A program made the position numbers and the translations under genes. Source: a virus (Duplodnaviria > Caudoviricetes). Taken from it: a DNA stretch of 59,836 bases. The stretch covers positions 1-59,836 of IMG/VR virus record IMGVR_UViG_3300046791_000436. One strand, given 5' to 3'. The notes beneath the pieces are model-generated. The model saw only the letters and a program-made list of their open reading frames with translations, did not search any database and was not told the origin of the DNA. Positions 45,743 through 55,102 of the stretch are shown piece after piece (position 1 is the first letter of the stretch; the number at the start of each line of letters is the position of its first letter).

Positions 45743-47640
45743 TGGATCCATTCACTTTGATCTTCGTAGTCAGCCTGCTCATAGCAGCCGCTACTCTTCT
45801 CTCTCAGAAGAAGCCTGGATCTCCAGACCTGACGGACAAGCTACAATCTACAGCCACTAGAGGATCCTACATCCCTCTGGTGATCGGAAGAGCTCGAGTG
45901 AGCCCGATCTTCGCCTGGGTAGACGATGTGACCTCTGGAGCGTTCTATGCTGAAGACTCGCTGCACGTTCTATGCATTGGTCCTGGCAGCTCGCTGCGGA
46001 CCATCTTCCAAGACGGAAAAACACTATGGGAAGGGCCGATCAACCCAAAGTCACACCCTTCTGGAACACAGATCACGCTACCTGACTCTGAAGGCACCTT
46101 CGAAGTCCATTGGGGCTTCCCCGACGATCCTGTCCTGTCGGTTCTAGCTGCCTCAACTCGCCACGGTCTCTCGGTCCGCTACGCCTTCTGTCTGAAGATC
46201 CTCTGGATCGCCAAGAAGCTCGGCGGATCCAGAGTCTGGCCGCGCCTGGAATATGAGGTCGAGTGCCCCTGCTACAGCCACATCACCTCGACCTCTTCCG
46301 AGCTGCCTCTCGAAGCCGATGACGATCATCCGACCTGGGAAGAATCGCATACCTACACCCCTCCTTATGCAACCCCGGACGACAAGGTAGGGTTGGATGT
46401 CTGGCAATGCATCACTCTCTCGGGCACGGGAGAAATAGCTGTCCGAGTTCTGGAAAGAAGTCTGACAGGTCTCACGACGACCCCGATCACGAAAGGCTCT
46501 CTGAATGCCTTTGGAGCCAGCGGCGGGATCTGCAAGATCTATGGATGGGCAGATACTTCACCCACCCCTCTCTATCCGTTCAATCCCAGCATCGGAACTC
46601 CGATCACCACTTCTCAAGCCAACATCCCGTTAGGTTCTTGGAAGTTCTTCTGGATCAAGAGAGCCTACATCCACACCGAAGTTCTCTACAACGCCCCTGG
46701 AGGTGGTGGAGGAATTGCATATCTGGACGAACTGATTATCGTGCTCGGTCCAGAGGTCACAGGAAACGTAATCAACAACAAGAACCTCGGAATACCGACA
46801 AACATTGGAGGCTTTTTCTCCTCGGCCATCGAACCTCTAGATTGTCTCGGAACCGACGGAGTCAATCCGATCCATGTGATCGACCAGCTCCTCTTCGCCA
46901 AGAAGCCCTTCGGCGCCGGCAAGGACCGTTCGAAGTTCGACCCACGCTCGATCGAACAGGCCTCCGTGGTGCTGGAAGGAGAGCGGATTCGAGGCGGTTG
47001 CGTCGTTCAGGACGGGGAAGGCCTCGAGAGCGTCCTCGCCGCCCTCCTGCAGGACATCAGCGTCTACATCTCCTGGGACCCCTCTGTCGGCCTGCATGTC
47101 TTCGTGCCAGTGCGCTACGACGATCCAGGCAACGTCACAGACCTCCCTCCCGAGATGATCCTGAGCAGCCCAGAGATGATCGCCGTGCTGGGCGCCAGGC
47201 CGGTCGACACCCTGGCCTTCACGTTCAAGGATCGCAGGCGCAACTACCGCGAAGAGCCATTGGTCCTGATGGACGATGGGCAGGTTTCCTTCAACGACGC
47301 CCAGCGAGCGAAACGGATTCCAATCGAGATCACTACCGATGCTGGATCGGCTGCCCGCCTGATCCCGAGGCGCCAACAAGAGGCTCTAGCAAACCTGGCT
47401 GCCCTGACCTTCGAAACAAACCACGCAACCCAGCTGGCTGTGGCAGGAAAGCGCTTCTCGGCCACCGCAACAGAAGGCGTCGGGCTGGTATTCAGGATCA
47501 CAGCCGTAACTCGTAGCCTGGATTCCAGTAAGGTGATTCTGGATGTCCTTCTAGACAACTTCGACGCCGTGCCCTCTTCAGGCGAAGAAGATTCCGTCTA
47601 CTACGAACCACCAAGCTCTTCCCCTCTGCCTCCTCCCTAG
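45742..47640 (+). CDS. Tail tip / central fibre protein (gpJ / GTA-like)
   Basis: TRGSYIPLVIGR, HVLCIGP, VNPIHVI and FKDRRRNY. Confidence 0.75.
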   Translation: MDPFTLIFVVSLLIAAATLLSQKKPGSPDLTDKLQSTATRGSYIPLVIGRARVSPIFAWVDDVTSGAFYAEDSLHVLCIGPGSSLRTIFQDGKTLWEGPINPKSHPSGTQITLPDSEGTFEVHWGFPDDPVLSVLAASTRHGLSVRYAFCLKILWIAKKLGGSRVWPRLEYEVECPCYSHITSTSSELPLEADDDHPTWEESHTYTPPYATPDDKVGLDVWQCITLSGTGEIAVRVLERSLTGLTTTPITKGSLNAFGASGGICKIYGWADTSPTPLYPFNPSIGTPITTSQANIPLGSWKFFWIKRAYIHTEVLYNAPGGGGGIAYLDELIIVLGPEVTGNVINNKNLGIPTNIGGFFSSAIEPLDCLGTDGVNPIHVIDQLLFAKKPFGAGKDRSKFDPRSIEQASVVLEGERIRGGCVVQDGEGLESVLAALLQDISVYISWDPSVGLHVFVPVRYDDPGNVTDLPPEMILSSPEMIAVLGARPVDTLAFTFKDRRRNYREEPLVLMDDGQVSFNDAQRAKRIPIEITTDAGSAARLIPRRQQEALANLAALTFETNHATQLAVAGKRFSATATEGVGLVFRITAVTRSLDSSKVILDVLLDNFDAVPSSGEEDSVYYEPPSSSPLPPP

Positions 47641-47677
47641 GTAGAATCCACGTCCCGCCTTGCGAGAGGCAACGCTC

Positions 47678-47722
47678 CATGGAGCCGTGACGATCCGAAC
47701 ACCGTCACGGCTCCATGTTTTT
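47678..47722 (+). terminator. Intrinsic terminator at convergent genes
   Basis: 15-bp perfect stem CATGGAGCCGTGACG/CGTCACGGCTCCATG followed by TTTTT. Confidence 0.7.
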
Positions 47723-47938
47723 CAGGATCAAGATCCCGTTCTCTACCTGCCTGGCTATCCCCTTGGCTCCGTGGCCCCGCTTGTTGCGCTTGCGCGGCCG
47801 TTCCAGCAAGAAGGTGACGGTCGTGGTCTTCTCGCCGCACTTGCTGCACTTGTGCCCTCGAGCCACTGCACGAGGCCCGGCCGGATAGGAGTGCGTGACC
47901 AGCAGCACGCCATCACAGTCTTTGGCTAGGCATTTCAC
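47705..47938 (-). CDS. Zinc-ribbon protein (NrdR-N / Ogr-like)
   Basis: MKC...C....VTHS...R.HKC.KCG.K.TT. Confidence 0.65.
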   Translation of the reverse strand: MKCLAKDCDGVLLVTHSYPAGPRAVARGHKCSKCGEKTTTVTFLLERPRKRNKRGHGAKGIARQVENGILILKNMEP

Positions 47939-49332
47939 GTCGTCACTCTACCAGAAGCAAAGGGGTAGAAGGCCATGGCAATTGCGTCTGCGCGGTCTGG
48001 CGAAGTGTATTCCTCCTCGCCGATGCGCTTGAGATACTCGTCCTTGGATTCCAGACGGAACTTATTCTCTGTGAATCTATATTGCCTGCTGACCAACTGA
48101 CTGAAGGCAATAGGATCATTATGGAGGTGAAGAATGCGCCGCTTCGTTAGTCTCCTCAAAACGAAGTAGGCTTCCGTGATAGAGTCGTGGAACGATCGAG
48201 TATCTACTGGGACGCCCTGCGCATGGAACTCGAACACGTTCTTGTGGTTCTCATAGAACGTGTGCATGACTCCCTGCCCCATGCCTCCCGCGTCGCAGCA
48301 GTAGAGCGTGTCGCTGTCCCTCCATCCGAGAGACCTCTGCCACTCGAAAGCGTTCTGCACCACGTTCTCTGGCTCTTCCTTGGCGAAGTGCCTAATGCCG
48401 ATGATGGCCGCGTTGTAGCGCACCACGACAACCGACTCGTCGCTGCCGAAACGCGCCAGGTCGATGCCGATCTGCCTCGTGCCCTTGGGCGATTCGTCCT
48501 CGAGAATGTGCTTGTAGGCCTCCGCGAACGGCACCCGATCGCTGCACCACAGCAAGTCTTCGTAGCGGATGACGGAGTTCGGGTTCTGTCTCGGGAACTC
48601 ACCCAAGACACGGACGCGGAACACGTCGCTCTCGCGACCGTATTCCTTCTCCATGTCTTGGATGTGCTTCTTGCTGACGTTGGGCGAATCCTCGGCGTTC
48701 CAGGTCAGGGTGTGGTAGAGACCGGCATCCTTGGTGAACGCATCGAAGAACTCGGTATCGCGATCATTAGGGTTGCCGATCGCCAAGATCAGGTTCTCGG
48801 CGCCGGTCGTCGTGCCCTTGACCGTGTGCCAGATCGGACGCAGGATGCCCGAAGCCTCGTCCAATAGCACCGTGAGACCACGGCTATGGTAGCCCTGCAG
48901 GTTCTCTGGTCTGGTCGAAGTAGCAGTGAAGATACCCCATTTCTTCTGGCCACAGATGGTCACCTTCGTGGAGTCCACCTTCATCAAACGCTGAAACTCA
49001 GGATCGGCTCTAGTAACCGTTCTCGACATCTCGGTCATCCACACATCTCTGACCTGACGCATGGTCGGAGCTGTCACGAGCGTCTGCTCGTTCACGTCTT
49101 GAATGGTGCGGAACGTAGCTCCTACAGTAGAAGCTGCTGTTTTTCCTGGTCCTTGACCTGACTTACAAAAGATTCCCTTCTTTCTCTGCTCAATCGGAGC
49201 AAAGGTGACTTCTTGTATCAGCTTGAACAGCTCTGCTTGCTGATTCGTTGGCTTGAAGTTCAGGATACGACATAGTTTGAATATGTCTTTTTGGGCCGCT
49301 TTCATGGCCATCCCGAACCTAGAAACGCCCAC
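47935..49332 (-). CDS. terL: Terminase large subunit
   Basis: SGQGPGKT, LLDEASG, IGNP, GIDLARFGSD and SPDRADA. Confidence 0.95.
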   Translation of the reverse strand: MGVSRFGMAMKAAQKDIFKLCRILNFKPTNQQAELFKLIQEVTFAPIEQRKKGIFCKSGQGPGKTAASTVGATFRTIQDVNEQTLVTAPTMRQVRDVWMTEMSRTVTRADPEFQRLMKVDSTKVTICGQKKWGIFTATSTRPENLQGYHSRGLTVLLDEASGILRPIWHTVKGTTTGAENLILAIGNPNDRDTEFFDAFTKDAGLYHTLTWNAEDSPNVSKKHIQDMEKEYGRESDVFRVRVLGEFPRQNPNSVIRYEDLLWCSDRVPFAEAYKHILEDESPKGTRQIGIDLARFGSDESVVVVRYNAAIIGIRHFAKEEPENVVQNAFEWQRSLGWRDSDTLYCCDAGGMGQGVMHTFYENHKNVFEFHAQGVPVDTRSFHDSITEAYFVLRRLTKRRILHLHNDPIAFSQLVSRQYRFTENKFRLESKDEYLKRIGEEEYTSPDRADAIAMAFYPFASGRVTT

Positions 49333-49558
49333 GATTCCTCCTGGTCCTCTCCACAGCGCCGATCACCCTAGCCAAGGCCGTATCCACACCAATCACCAAA
49401 GCCACGTCAGAGGTCTCGAGTTGCGCTCGGCAGAGACTAAGGTCTTCAATCACCCGGTCTAGAACGTGACCAACGATCTGTTCTGCGTCGCCGGCTGAGA
49501 GCCCCCATCGGGTGACCACATCGGTCACCAGGGCCCTGCCGAGAACAGCTGGCCTCAC
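49319..49558 (-). CDS. Hypothetical protein
   Basis: GTGA-coupled 79-aa helical ORF. Confidence 0.5.
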   Translation of the reverse strand: MRPAVLGRALVTDVVTRWGLSAGDAEQIVGHVLDRVIEDLSLCRAQLETSDVALVIGVDTALARVIGAVERTRRNRGRF

Positions 49559-49866
49559 GCCGGGGGTTGCTGCTTTTCTCCTTGCAGCTCGATAACCCTT
49601 CGTTGTCTCTCGCTCTGCGGGGCCACAGGCCCTCTCTCTGCCCGGATCTTGCCCACAGCGCCATAGTAGGCGCCGGCCAACGCAGTAGCTCCGATGCCGG
49701 CCTGGGTCAGCAGCGTGACCCAAGAGCCGCCTGTGAGCTGATCGTATTCCTCCTTCGTGATCTTGCCGTCTTGATAGAGACGCTGTGCGGTGGCCGCTGA
49801 TGTGGGGGTGAGCAGACCACACGAGGAGAACAGAAGGAGGAACAAGAGGGGGACCAGAGTCTTCAT
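49555..49866 (-). CDS. Predicted lipoprotein with a second hydrophobic segment
   Basis: MKTLVPLLFLLLFSS-C lipobox; later WVTLLTQAGIGATALAGAYY. Confidence 0.65.
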   Translation of the reverse strand: MKTLVPLLFLLLFSSCGLLTPTSAATAQRLYQDGKITKEEYDQLTGGSWVTLLTQAGIGATALAGAYYGAVGKIRAERGPVAPQSERQRRVIELQGEKQQPPA

Positions 49867-50306
49867 GGCTTCGACTTTTTTCGAGGTAGCAGACGACCAA
49901 TCAAAGTAGGAATCGATTTCGAAAACAAGAGGGCGAGAGCTGTGCCGACGAAAATGCAGCCGATGAGCCACTTGGTTCCTGCGCCCATCTCATCAACAGC
50001 TTTCGCTGCATCAACTCCGCGATCTAGCATGTCCTTCGCTTCCCCGGCCATTGGGATGTTGACCACGGTGGACGGGACATCGTGCGGCGGATGCCATGGT
50101 TGCTCTCCTTGCACAAGCTCGATCTTCTGCGGACGCAGCTTCCACACGCCCCAAGCCGAGAGACCAAAGCCCTCTCCCTTCGTCGTCTCGAAGTAGGGCG
50201 CGGTGCCGTCCCCGCCGAGGAAGTCGTATTGGCTCGTGTTCGCCCCCACGCCAACCTCGTCGGGAAGCGTGCAGGCGGTGAGCAGCAGGAGCACCGCGCG
50301 CCTCAA
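49863..50306 (-). CDS. Lipoprotein with C-terminal TM helix (candidate unimolecular spanin)
   Basis: TTG start; (M)RRAVLLLLTA-C lipobox; beta-rich middle; WLIGCIFVGTALALLF TM; basic tail. Confidence 0.55.
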   Translation of the reverse strand: MRRAVLLLLTACTLPDEVGVGANTSQYDFLGGDGTAPYFETTKGEGFGLSAWGVWKLRPQKIELVQGEQPWHPPHDVPSTVVNIPMAGEAKDMLDRGVDAAKAVDEMGAGTKWLIGCIFVGTALALLFSKSIPTLIGRLLPRKKSKP

Positions 50307-50560
50307 GGTGCCACCGAGATAGCGAACGTCTCGCTCCAGCCGCCGGCGTCCTCGATGTCGCCACCTTCTGCGTCGGCGGGCACGGTCTCCTCCCAGCAGT
50401 TGTCCGAAGCACTCGTCACGGTGTGCGAGAACTTCTGACCGCCAGGGTCCCAGGTGCCGTTCAGCGTCGTCGGCAGTTGCACACCGTCGAGGCTGAAGCA
50501 GAACTTCACCTTGTCGCCAGGGACGCACGGATCGGGGTCTTGTGTGATGTGCTGGGTCAT
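50303..50560 (-). CDS. Small acidic beta-rich protein
   Basis: 85 aa, three Cys, ATGA coupling. Confidence 0.6.
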   Translation of the reverse strand: MTQHITQDPDPCVPGDKVKFCFSLDGVQLPTTLNGTWDPGGQKFSHTVTSASDNCWEETVPADAEGGDIEDAGGWSETFAISVAP

Positions 50561-50928
50561 CGGAGAGCCTCTCGCGCGATTTTCTCGCGCGCGTTGCGCT
50601 CCATGATAGCACCTCTAGCACTGGCCCGCTCGTTATAGGCTCGCATGGCGCCGATGGCTTCTAGCATCTGACGCTGCAGATGCACGACACACGCCTCTGG
50701 ATTGGCATCGATTCGAAGGTTCTCGATGTTCTGCTCGAAAGTCTGCTCACGCGCCATGGTGCCGTTCCAGTTGTGGATGACGTAAACAGACACACAGCAA
50801 GTCAAGACAGAGCAACCAAACCAGACAGCCACGCCTCGCAACCATCGCATGGCTGTAGCTCTCCATGGGCTATTCTTCTCGATGCTTTCTGTCCCCTGCC
50901 ATCTCCGCTCGAAGGAGTTTGAACTCAT
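50557..50928 (-). CDS. Membrane-anchored hypothetical protein
   Basis: One TM segment (VAVWFGCSVLTCCVSVYVI). Confidence 0.55.
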   Translation of the reverse strand: MSSNSFERRWQGTESIEKNSPWRATAMRWLRGVAVWFGCSVLTCCVSVYVIHNWNGTMAREQTFEQNIENLRIDANPEACVVHLQRQMLEAIGAMRAYNERASARGAIMERNAREKIAREALR

Positions 50929-51154
50929 TGTGCAAGCTCTCCTTCAATGACCGCATTTCGGTCGCGAGATCGCTGGTGGCCTTGGTGTTCTCTCGAATGG
51001 AGATCACGATGTCGCGCCCCACCCACACGAGGAACGCACCGATGCCGACCAGGACGATCGTGAGCAGCCCCAGCACGCCGTAGCGCTCCACGAGAGTCAG
51101 ATCCGGCCCCTGTGAGAGGAAATTGCATGTCCCTACTATGCTCGCAAGGTCCAT
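50870..51154 (-). CDS. Putative holin-like protein
   Basis: AGGAGG SD; YGVLGLLTIVLVGIGAFLVWV TM followed by ENTKA coiled-coil. Confidence 0.55.
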   Translation of the reverse strand: MDLASIVGTCNFLSQGPDLTLVERYGVLGLLTIVLVGIGAFLVWVGRDIVISIRENTKATSDLATEMRSLKESLHNEFKLLRAEMAGDRKHREE

Positions 51155-51257
51155 TCCTTACCTCCTGGTGCAGAAGCCAAACACTACGATGCCCAGGGCC
51201 AGCAAGGCCCAGCAAACCGCCCTCCAAGGGAACTGATCCTGACGATTGGACACAAGG

Positions 51258-51572
51258 CTAGCCGTTGAAGTAGCGGATCGCCTTGATCCCGCTGGTGGTC
51301 TTGATGCGGATCGGAGAAGCCTGGGCATCTGAAAGGGCGACGAGGTAGAGGTAGTAGACCCTTCCATTCCACCACATCGAGAGCAGGTTCCCTGCGTTCC
51401 CGTCCGAGCTGACGGTGCAGAGAGCTCGAACCGTCCCCCCGATGCGGATGTGGAGGTGCTCTTCTTGCGAGTTGATGACCGGGTCGCTGCCTACCGTCGG
51501 GTCGTAGAGACGAACATCCTTCGAGTCCTGGTTCGCGTTGATGCCAGCAGGAACTCGTCGAAGGTAGCCCAT
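51258..51572 (-). CDS. Putative minor virion protein
   Basis: Beta-rich ORF in a tightly packed - strand operon. Confidence 0.55.
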   Translation of the reverse strand: MGYLRRVPAGINANQDSKDVRLYDPTVGSDPVINSQEEHLHIRIGGTVRALCTVSSDGNAGNLLSMWWNGRVYYLYLVALSDAQASPIRIKTTSGIKAIRYFNG

Positions 51573-51573
51573 C

Positions 51574-52125
51574 TCACCCAGGGACCGGGAGCAGCGTGTT
51601 GACCGACGTGCCGGCGATGTCGGGCGAACCCGCCTTGTATTCGACGACGAAGAACGGTCCGCCCTTGTTGAGCAGGATCGACCACGACCCATTCGAGACG
51701 CTCGAGAGGGTCTCGCCGACGAACGAGTTGTCCTCGGTGCGGAAGATCAGCACGCGCACGCTGCCCAGGGCAGCTCCTGTGGCGTCCCTGCTGACGCCGC
51801 TCAGGATGGTGTTCCCGTTGCCCAGCACTCTCTCGAAGGTCTGGTTGTCGGTCTTCTTGGTGCCTGCAGGGTTGACGATCGCCGTGCTCGTGGGCGTTCG
51901 GTAGCCCCTCCCGACTTCGCAGTAGTTGGACACGTAGGGCGGCGCCATGCCGACGCCGGCGTCGATGAGAGCGCGCGGGCCCGCGAAGGGCACCCCCGGC
52001 CGCGCCAGGTTGGGAGCGATCTGTTGCACCGGAGCTGCCTTGCACTTGCCGAGCAGCTGATACCGGTGGAACGACAACCACCCTGTCGCGGGCGGGAACT
52101 GACAGCCTAGGTCTACCCCGGCCAT
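51574..52125 (-). CDS. Putative minor virion protein with Ig/prealbumin-like C-terminus
   Basis: LSGVSRDATGAALGSVRVLIFRT...NGSWS. Confidence 0.6.
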   Translation of the reverse strand: MAGVDLGCQFPPATGWLSFHRYQLLGKCKAAPVQQIAPNLARPGVPFAGPRALIDAGVGMAPPYVSNYCEVGRGYRTPTSTAIVNPAGTKKTDNQTFERVLGNGNTILSGVSRDATGAALGSVRVLIFRTEDNSFVGETLSSVSNGSWSILLNKGGPFFVVEYKAGSPDIAGTSVNTLLPVPG

Positions 52126-52126
52126 G

Positions 52127-52678
52127 CTAGTTCACGATGTCCACTTGGTAGTTGTGGACCGTGAACGACCCGGTCGCGACGGTTTGCGTGAAGAACACGT
52201 CGAGCGCGCTGGCCGCCGTGTTGTCCATGCCGGCGCCGACCGCGGGCGTGCCCACGGGGACGTTCAGGAAGCCGTTGCCGCCCACCGTAGGCAGCGGCGA
52301 AGCGATGACCGCTTCCGACGCGAACCACGCCGTGGGGAAGAACGTCGTGGCCGTGGTGATGCCGACAGCGCGGCAGACCAGCAAGCAGTCGAAGATCCAC
52401 GGCACGGTCGTCTTGGCGACGATGTTCAGGTTGAGGGCCAGCGTGTCGAACACGATGGTCGTGCCTGACGAACCCATGCAGATGTCGAAGCGTGCCGTGC
52501 CTGGCGTGGTGACCGCGCACGAGATGCGCCCCGACATCTTGATGTGCAGACCTCGCCCAACGTAGAAGAAGCTGTTGGGCAGGATGATGCGGTTCGCTGT
52601 CGGGATGCAAGAAGCTCGCGCCGCCCCGGTGAGGGTTGGCCCGTCGGTCGAGCTGAGAACGATGGTTTCGCGTGCCAT
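52127..52678 (-). CDS. Putative minor virion protein (beta-sandwich)
   Basis: Thr/Gly/Val-rich 183-aa ORF. Confidence 0.6.
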   Translation of the reverse strand: MARETIVLSSTDGPTLTGAARASCIPTANRIILPNSFFYVGRGLHIKMSGRISCAVTTPGTARFDICMGSSGTTIVFDTLALNLNIVAKTTVPWIFDCLLVCRAVGITTATTFFPTAWFASEAVIASPLPTVGGNGFLNVPVGTPAVGAGMDNTAASALDVFFTQTVATGSFTVHNYQVDIVN

Positions 52679-52681
52679 AGA

Positions 52682-52948
52682 TTAGAGGTCGGTGCGGAGC
52701 CAGATCTGACCATCCACTGGCGAAGAAGGATCGCTAGTGAGGTTTTGGATCACGAACTGAAGAGCTTGATGTTGGTTGAACTCGAGATCGATGCTGAGAC
52801 CTGAGCCATCGAAAAGAGCCTTCAACTGCGTGAGGGTTACTCTGCGCGTCTTGGGAAGGCCGGCAACGAGCTGTGAGATCAGCGCGAGGTCCGAGCCGCT
52901 GAGGGCTTGCCCGGCCGCAGGAACCGCTGAGAATGCCGTGTCTGCCAT
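52682..52948 (-). CDS. Putative minor virion / fibre protein
   Basis: MADTAFSAVPAA...GSD N-terminus; DPSSPVDGQIW C-terminus. Confidence 0.6.
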   Translation of the reverse strand: MADTAFSAVPAAGQALSGSDLALISQLVAGLPKTRRVTLTQLKALFDGSGLSIDLEFNQHQALQFVIQNLTSDPSSPVDGQIWLRTDL

Positions 52949-52951
52949 GGC

Positions 52952-53140
52952 TCAGGTCTCGATCAGGATGTTGTCCGGGCCGGGGATGTCGAACTCGGCG
53001 AGGATGTATTCGCCGTCGTCGGTGAGCAGCTTGTCGACGCCAGGAGGCAAGGGGACGGCGTCGGTGCTGTCGTAGGCGAAGGCCACAGCGCCGATCGAGA
53101 GACCGAGGCTCAGACCGAAGGCTGCAGCGGGGAGGCTCAC
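52952..53140 (-). CDS. Small putative virion protein
   Basis: FGLSLGLSI...LLTDDGEYIL. Confidence 0.5.
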   Translation of the reverse strand: MSLPAAAFGLSLGLSIGAVAFAYDSTDAVPLPPGVDKLLTDDGEYILAEFDIPGPDNILIET

Positions 53141-53481
53141 ACGTCCTCGATGACGGCGACGATCTCGTTGGCGACGGAAGCTCCGTAGTATTCCGTCTGG
53201 CCTGGCGAGAGAGGTCGTCCGTTGGCCTTGGCGTTTGCGAGGGTCTGGCCGGTGGTGACCGTCGCGTTGATCGTCACCCAGACACGCTTGGTGGACGCTG
53301 GGTCGACCGAGATGCGCCACACGTCGCCGGGGCTGGCCGTCAGCGTCGTGACCTGCGTGGTGCTGGGGTTGGTCTTCTCCTCACCCGTCGCCGAGATCGC
53401 CGACTGCGGGATCGGCATCAGGTAACCGCCCGCTATCGCCGAGCCGGCGTTGACCTTCGTGATGTGTGTTTTGCTGGACAT
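53137..53481 (-). CDS. Putative minor virion protein
   Basis: Thr-rich, beta-type 114-aa ORF. Confidence 0.6.
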   Translation of the reverse strand: MSSKTHITKVNAGSAIAGGYLMPIPQSAISATGEEKTNPSTTQVTTLTASPGDVWRISVDPASTKRVWVTINATVTTGQTLANAKANGRPLSPGQTEYYGASVANEIVAVIEDV

Positions 53482-54238
53482 GGTTGGGGGCTTTCGCTAG
53501 CAGGAGGACCATCTCCCGGTGTCCCTTGTCGGGGTCCTGGAAGTTCAGCCCCTGGAGCGTAGAGATTTGCCGCAAAGCCGCAAGCTCGACACGAGGATCG
53601 AGTGCTCTTTTCGCTCGATGGGCGACTTTTTCGAGGCGTGCGACCGCCAGAGAGCGTTCCTCGTCGGAGGTGACCTCCGAGAGCTCGCGCAGGTAGGCGT
53701 AGGGCAGCGACAGGAAGTCCCGGCGCTCGAGTTGGTGGAGAGGGCCCAGGATCGCCTGCATGCGCCGAAGGGCTTGGTGGCGGCCTCCGTTGACCAAAGC
53801 GCGACCGACGATCGGGAGCCAGCTGGCTTCGAAGTCCAGCAGAGCTGCTTGGGAAGGGAAGAACTCTTCGAAGTGCGGTGGCTCGAACCAGTGCAGGACC
53901 GGATCTTCTGGGCTGATGCCGATCTGCAATGCCGTGTAGCCGTGGAGAAGGCTCTGGTCGTCGGAGTCTTTGAGGGGGTGGTCGTGAGGGAGAGGCAGCC
54001 GAGATTCGAGCAGAGGGGGCTGGTTCTCGAAGCGACTGGAGTCGGCTTCGTTGAGGCTCTGTCCGCTGACGATCAGCTGCCGCTGCGCGAGGATCGCTCG
54101 CGTCGTTCTGTAGCAGAGGGCCAGGAACCGCCTGCCGAGATAGTCCGGGTCTTCCGGATCTAGGCGGAAAAGGCTACGTGGAGTGCGAGCCCACCTGCTC
54201 GCAGGGTCTGGTCCAACAGCCGAAGCACTGAGATCCAC
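53381..54238 (-). CDS. Hypothetical protein, candidate terminase small subunit
   Basis: Helical C-terminus ARLEKVAHRA...ALRQISTLQGL; upstream of terL in the same operon. Confidence 0.4.
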   Translation of the reverse strand: MDLSASAVGPDPASRWARTPRSLFRLDPEDPDYLGRRFLALCYRTTRAILAQRQLIVSGQSLNEADSSRFENQPPLLESRLPLPHDHPLKDSDDQSLLHGYTALQIGISPEDPVLHWFEPPHFEEFFPSQAALLDFEASWLPIVGRALVNGGRHQALRRMQAILGPLHQLERRDFLSLPYAYLRELSEVTSDEERSLAVARLEKVAHRAKRALDPRVELAALRQISTLQGLNFQDPDKGHREMVLLLAKAPNHVQQNTHHEGQRRLGDSGRLPDADPAVGDLGDG

Positions 54239-54383
54239 TTTTCTTCTGGGGACGTTGACTGGTCGAGGATCAGGATCCTGATGTCCTCGATCGACTTGTT
54301 GAAGGTCGAACGAGGGATCGGTCCGATGGTCCCGTAAAGGCTCTCCCCTGTCAAGACCGTGATGGGGATCGGCCGAATGAGGC

Positions 54384-54833
54384 TCATTCGAAGTAGGCCA
54401 CGGCTTGTCTGACCGCTTCCGAAGAGGTGTCGAACTCTGCGGCTACCAAAAGCATGTCTTTGGTGAGCAACCAGCATTGGTAGATCTGTGCCATGCGTCG
54501 AAGAGCGCCTCCGGCCGGTCTGCCTCTGCCGTTTACGACCAGATCCAGGTTCTCGAGAGCGCAGTTGGAGTTGTTGCCGTCTTTTGCTCTCAGAGTGGTG
54601 CATCCGTTCTCGTTCCAGCTCGGCATCCACGCATCTGCTACCAAAGTTCTAGTCATCACTGACGAGTTGCGGTATTTCACCGAAGGATGTGAGCTGACGA
54701 GGGTCTGTTTGATCTTGTGGACCCTCAAAACAGTGCCATTTTCGTCAGCAAAGAGGTCTGGAATGGGTCCGCAACGACGAAAACGAGTCGTTTTTCCGTC
54801 GGCGTCCACGAGCAAAAGGTCTGTTTCGAGCAT
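54384..54833 (-). CDS. Degenerate HNH-fold protein with C-terminal HTH-like segment
   Basis: TLVADAW...RAKDGNNSNCALENL; VAAEFDTSSEAVRQAV. Confidence 0.6.
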   Translation of the reverse strand: MLETDLLLVDADGKTTRFRRCGPIPDLFADENGTVLRVHKIKQTLVSSHPSVKYRNSSVMTRTLVADAWMPSWNENGCTTLRAKDGNNSNCALENLDLVVNGRGRPAGGALRRMAQIYQCWLLTKDMLLVAAEFDTSSEAVRQAVAYFE

Positions 54834-55102
54834 GTTTTGGGACCTGAATCTGAGCGTTTTTACTACCTAGAGCCTGCTTTTCAAGCCTTTTTCGACTGTT
54901 TTTGCTGCCTCGAGTGAGGTGAAAATGGCCTGTTTTATTGCTGCTGGGCTACTTTTTGGCCCGAAATGCTGCTGCCGAAGCCTCTGTCGCTGGAAAGAAA
55001 CGCCTGAATATTACTACCGAGGCCTGTTTGGCGAATATTATTGCTAGAGAGAAACGCAGGGAAAAGTTGTGAGGAGGCACAGCTAGTAGAGCGCGCAGGC
55101 CG

